Virus record (IMG/VR): IMGVR_UViG_3300036770_003861
Span: 1 to 58,558 of that record
Length of the DNA: 58,558 bases
Reading direction: 5' to 3' (one strand)
Origin: a virus
Lineage: Duplodnaviria > Caudoviricetes
Made by a program: the position numbers and the translations under genes. How positions within the stretch are numbered: position 1 is the stretch's first letter; each line of letters starts with the position of its first letter. Below the pieces are notes generated by a model. That model searched no databases. It saw only the letters and a program-made list of their open reading frames with translations, and had not been told where the DNA came from. Shown here piece by piece: positions 55,128-58,558 of the stretch.

Positions 55128-55924
55128 TGATGAAGCCGCCACTGTTTGATATGCCGGAGAAGCTAATAGACAGTGTTGATGTCAAAACTATTTTGGAAAC
55201 AGCAAAAGACATGCGTCAGGCCGGTATTTTTATTCCGCCTTTTGAAAAACTATCAATACGAATTTCTATTTGTTCGTGCTTCAAAATAGGTTTTGCAATT
55301 AACAAGGGACTTTATGATCGCTCTATTGATAAACTCTTAGAAGAACTTTGTGAAATAAGTAGAGATAAAATTTTTATAATAGAATATAGTGATTTTCGTA
55401 AGAAAAATGGAATACTTGGTTGCAAAATGGATTTTGAATTAAAAGAAAACAGCGACCATAATCTGCAAAATTTTTTCTCCAATCTTAATGAAGAAGAACT
55501 GGGCGCTATTGGTAACTATGCTTTCGCCATATTAATAGTGCTTTTGGCGACAAAGAACATCGAACGACGGGTCGTAAAGAACGATGCACGGGCCACCAGC
55601 AAACGTGCGAGAGACGACGCAAAACATTTCAGCACGACAACGTACCTTAACATTGGAAAGATCACCGAGACCTGTCGAGGCAACAGCGTATCTTCAAGTG
55701 GCCCCGTTCGCGCGCATTTGCGCAGGGGGCACATTCGTTTGCAGCGTTACGGAGAAGGTTTCAAGGAGGTCAAAAAGATATTCATCCAGCCGGTCTTTGT
55801 GAACGCCGACAAGGAGTGGATCGAAAAACAAAAGACCTACAAATTTAGTGGATCGTACAATTCCGCGAAGAGCGACAGGTTGACGACGAGTGAAGATGGA
55901 CATAATGTCCAAAGCGCCGGCTGA
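55124..55924 (+). CDS. Hypothetical protein with C-terminal HLRRGH motif (low-GC N-terminal half)
   Basis: PVRAHLRRGHIRLQRYG...IFIQPVFVN. Confidence 0.65.
   Translation: MMMKPPLFDMPEKLIDSVDVKTILETAKDMRQAGIFIPPFEKLSIRISICSCFKIGFAINKGLYDRSIDKLLEELCEISRDKIFIIEYSDFRKKNGILGCKMDFELKENSDHNLQNFFSNLNEEELGAIGNYAFAILIVLLATKNIERRVVKNDARATSKRARDDAKHFSTTTYLNIGKITETCRGNSVSSSGPVRAHLRRGHIRLQRYGEGFKEVKKIFIQPVFVNADKEWIEKQKTYKFSGSYNSAKSDRLTTSEDGHNVQSAG
55880..55909 (+). promoter_or_regulatory. Promoter for SSB/polymerase overlapped by the operator
   Basis: TTGACG-17-TAATGT, with GACATAATGTC (55899-55909) covering the -10. Confidence 0.55.
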
Positions 55925-55963
55925 TTTGCTGGCGATAAACGCAGACTGCAAAGGAAAAGTAGA

Positions 55964-56485
55964 ATGGCAAAGATCAAACTGAACAACGTCCGCCTCTCGT
56001 TCCCCAGCCTCTTCCGCAAGTCCGTGTACAACGGAGAAGAGACCAAGTTCGAGGCCACGTTTCTCCTGAACAAGAAGACGCAGGCCGACAAGATCAAGGA
56101 AATTCAGGACGCCATTGCGTCCATGATCAAGGAGAACTTGAAGGGCGCGAAGCTAGGCGACGACAAGAAGTGCCTCAAGGACGGGGACGACTTCGAGTAT
56201 GTCGGCTACGCCGGCAACATGTCGATCAAGGCGTCCAGCAACAAGCGGCCGCTCGTGATCGACCGCGACAAGAGCCAGCTCACTGAGGAAGACGGCCGCC
56301 TGTACGCGGGCTGCCGGGTGAACGCCACGATTGAGCTGTGGGCGCAGAACAACACGTACGGCAAGCGCATCAACGCGAACCTGCTGGCCGTGCAGTTCTA
56401 CAAGGACGACGAGCCGTTCGCAGACGGCGAGAAGGGATCCGTCGACGACTTCGAGGCGTTCGACGACGAGGAAGAGTTCCTGTAG
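55964..56485 (+). CDS. DUF2815 ssDNA-binding protein
   Basis: VRLSFPSLF, LKDGD, YAGC.VNA, L.AVQF.KD.EPF; acidic C-terminal tail. Confidence 0.88.
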   Translation: MAKIKLNNVRLSFPSLFRKSVYNGEETKFEATFLLNKKTQADKIKEIQDAIASMIKENLKGAKLGDDKKCLKDGDDFEYVGYAGNMSIKASSNKRPLVIDRDKSQLTEEDGRLYAGCRVNATIELWAQNNTYGKRINANLLAVQFYKDDEPFADGEKGSVDDFEAFDDEEEFL

Positions 56486-56507
56486 TCGGAAACCACAGGA
56501 ACTTTTG

Positions 56508-56550
56508 CGCCCCGGCCAAACAATCGGTTCCGTTTGGCCGGGGCGTTTTC
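56508..56550 (+). terminator. Hairpin/terminator after SSB
   Basis: CGCCCCGGCCAAAC...GTTTGGCCGGGGCG-TTTT. Confidence 0.6.
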
Positions 56551-56575
56551 ATTTGAGGCCACTCCTCACAGGATA

Positions 56576-58366
56576 ATGTTTCTAATGATTATCGTCGATA
56601 CCGAGGTTTATCGGAATTATTTTCTCGCGCTCTTCAAAGACCTGTCCAGCGGCAAGTACCGCTCGTTTGAAATGTTCGAGGGTCAGCCGCTCGACGCGGC
56701 GGCGCTGAAGCACCTGATGGGCCGGGCCACGACTGTCAGCTTCAACGGCCTCTCCTACGACCTGATCATCATCGCCGCGGCGATCGACGGCGCGGACTGC
56801 GCGAGGCTCAAGGCCATCTCTGACGAGATCATCCGCAGCAAGCTGCCGGCGTGGCGCGTGGCGCGCGACATGGGGGTCTCGGTCCCGCGCCACTGGGATC
56901 ACATTGATTTGATCGAGGTCGCGCCCGGGCAGGCGAGCCTGAAGGTCTACGGGGGCCGCATGCACGCCCCGACCATGCAGGACCTGCCCATTGAGCCCGA
57001 CGCCCGCATCGCGCCCGAGCAGCGGCTGGAGCTGAAGCGTTACTGCCGAAACGACGTGGACACGACCGAGCTGCTGTACCGCAAGCTGGAGGGGGCCGTC
57101 GACCTGCGCGCCTTGATGAGCAAGCAGTACGACATTGACCTGCGGTCGAAGAGCGACGCGCAGATGGCCGAGGCCATCATCAAGCACGAGCTGGAGGGCC
57201 TGACCGGCAAGAGCTACCGGCCCCAGAAGGTCGAGCCCGGCAGCGTTGTGCGCTACGCCAGCCCGGGCATTTTGACGTTCGAGCAGCAGCAACTGAAGGA
57301 CATCTACTGGCGCATTCTCAAGAGCGGGTTCCCGATCTGGACCAACGGGTCAGTGCGCATGCCCGAGTGGCTGGCCAACACGAAGATCCGCATTGGCGAG
57401 ACGGACTACCAGATGGGGATCGGGGGCCTCCACTCGTGCGAGAAGGCCCGGGCCGTCGTGGCCGCGGAGGACGAGGCCCTCGCCGACTTCGACGTCGCCA
57501 GCTACTACCCCAACATCATCCTGAAGCTGCGCCTGTGGCCCGAGAAGATGGGCAAGGACTTCCTGAAGGTCTACCAGAGCATCGTGACGCGTCGTCTGGA
57601 GGCGAAGAAGCGCGGCGACAAGCTGACGGCCGACACGCTCAAGATCTGCGTCAATGGGTCGTTCGGCAAGCTGGGCAGCATGTTCAGCGCGCTCTACGCG
57701 CCCCAGCTCCTGATGCAGGTCACGCTGACCGGCCAGCTCTGCCTGCTCATGCTGATCGAGCGCCTCGAGGCCGCCGGCTGCCGCGTCGTGAGTGCGAACA
57801 CCGACGGCATCGTGGTCCTGTTCAAGAAGGCGCAGGAGCGCGTCGTCGACGAGGTCTGCTTCGAGTGGATGCTCGACACGTCCTTCGAGCTGGAGCGCGC
57901 CGACTACCGGGCCCTCTACTCGCGGGACGTGAACAACTACATAGCGGTCAAGCTAGACGGTTCGACGAAGCGCAAGGGGGTGTTCGCGGAGCCGGGCCTG
58001 ATGAAGAACCCAGAGTTCACCATCGTCTCGGAGGCCGTGGCGGCGTATTTGGCCACCGCAAAACCTGTCAAGGAGACGGTCCGGTTATGCCGGGACATCA
58101 CGAAGTTCATCGCCATCCGCCGCGTCGACGGGGGCGGAGTGTGGCGCGAGCAGTACCTCGGCAAGGCGGTGCGGTTCTATTATTCGACCGAGGTGGGGCA
58201 GGGCGAGTGCATCACCTACGCCAAGAACCGGAACAAGGTCGCCCGGTCTGACGGCGCGCGCCCGGCCATGACGCTGCCGGCGGAGATGCCCGGCGACGTG
58301 AACTACGCCCGTTACATCGAGATGGCGCGCGAGGCGCTGAAGGACATGGGGGTGACGAGTGCTTGA
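56576..58366 (+). CDS. Family B-type DNA polymerase with 3'-5' exonuclease
   Basis: Exo DTEVY, FNGLSYD, YCRND; Pol DVASYYP, KICVNGSFGK, ANTDG. Confidence 0.88.
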   Translation: MFLMIIVDTEVYRNYFLALFKDLSSGKYRSFEMFEGQPLDAAALKHLMGRATTVSFNGLSYDLIIIAAAIDGADCARLKAISDEIIRSKLPAWRVARDMGVSVPRHWDHIDLIEVAPGQASLKVYGGRMHAPTMQDLPIEPDARIAPEQRLELKRYCRNDVDTTELLYRKLEGAVDLRALMSKQYDIDLRSKSDAQMAEAIIKHELEGLTGKSYRPQKVEPGSVVRYASPGILTFEQQQLKDIYWRILKSGFPIWTNGSVRMPEWLANTKIRIGETDYQMGIGGLHSCEKARAVVAAEDEALADFDVASYYPNIILKLRLWPEKMGKDFLKVYQSIVTRRLEAKKRGDKLTADTLKICVNGSFGKLGSMFSALYAPQLLMQVTLTGQLCLLMLIERLEAAGCRVVSANTDGIVVLFKKAQERVVDEVCFEWMLDTSFELERADYRALYSRDVNNYIAVKLDGSTKRKGVFAEPGLMKNPEFTIVSEAVAAYLATAKPVKETVRLCRDITKFIAIRRVDGGGVWREQYLGKAVRFYYSTEVGQGECITYAKNRNKVARSDGARPAMTLPAEMPGDVNYARYIEMAREALKDMGVTSA

Positions 58367-58558
58367 GAAGCAAATTGAGCAGGCTCTGGTGAAGCGCGTG
58401 AAGGAGCTGGGCGGGACGTGCGAGAAGTTCACGTCGCCCGGCCGCAGGGCCGTGCCCGACCGCATCGTGACGCTGCCCGTCGCCGGGGGGCCCGCGAGGA
58501 TCATTTTTGTTGAGTGCAAAAGCCCCGGCAAAAAGCCGACGGTTATGCAGCAGTTCGA
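58359..58558 (+). CDS. VRR-NUC nuclease, 3'-truncated
   Basis: LEKQIE...GG...KFTSPG...PDRI...FVECKSPG; runs off the window. Confidence 0.85.
   Translation, partial: MLEKQIEQALVKRVKELGGTCEKFTSPGRRAVPDRIVTLPVAGGPARIIFVECKSPGKKPTVMQQF

Larger units (their letters stand above)
1..58558. mobile_element. Near-complete tailed dsDNA phage genome (podovirus-like, probable alphaproteobacterial host)
   Basis: Terminase, portal, capsid, tail, lysis and replication modules are all present, with no bacterial housekeeping genes. Both ends fall in the usually adjacent VRR-NUC/SNF2 gene pair. Confidence 0.95.

Noticed and set aside
1-58558. tRNA, rRNA genes or stop-codon reassignment
   Set aside because: No cloverleaf recognised in the short intergenic gaps, and genes tile densely under the standard code.

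Overview
The window is almost certainly a near-complete ~58.6-kb genome of a tailed dsDNA phage with podovirus-like architecture (no tape measure or sheath; tail tubular proteins plus large ejection proteins). It is opened inside the replication module: a truncated VRR-NUC at the right end and an N-terminally truncated SNF2 helicase at the left end. The host is probably an alphaproteobacterium (GapR/DUF2312 and a DnaA C-terminal-domain protein; inference). The minus strand from 47.4 kb down to 3.5 kb carries terminase, portal, a 2414-aa polyvalent protein, GroES-like protein, scaffold, capsid, tail/RBP, lysis, HNH and ejection proteins. The plus strand carries early genes and replication genes (Cas4-like nuclease, SSB, family B polymerase); the primase-helicase is on the minus strand. 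I saw no integrase, tRNA, CRISPR or reverse transcriptase. The most striking unexplained signal is a short double-glycine motif, [FYMRK]-x-x-G-G-x-[VILM], often followed by an amphipathic 'V-x-x-A-L-x-x-[AVI]-R' helix. It occurs about 30 times in six late proteins and sits at the domain junctions of the polyvalent and ejection proteins, which suggests a phage polyprotein-processing or capsid-loading system. Other candidates: an ejection protein with two S74-type autocleavage domains, a 26-aa lipopeptide in the lysis cassette, two structured RNA leaders in the capsid operon, and a GACA-N3-TGTC operator. All family assignments come from motif recognition by eye; no database search was run.
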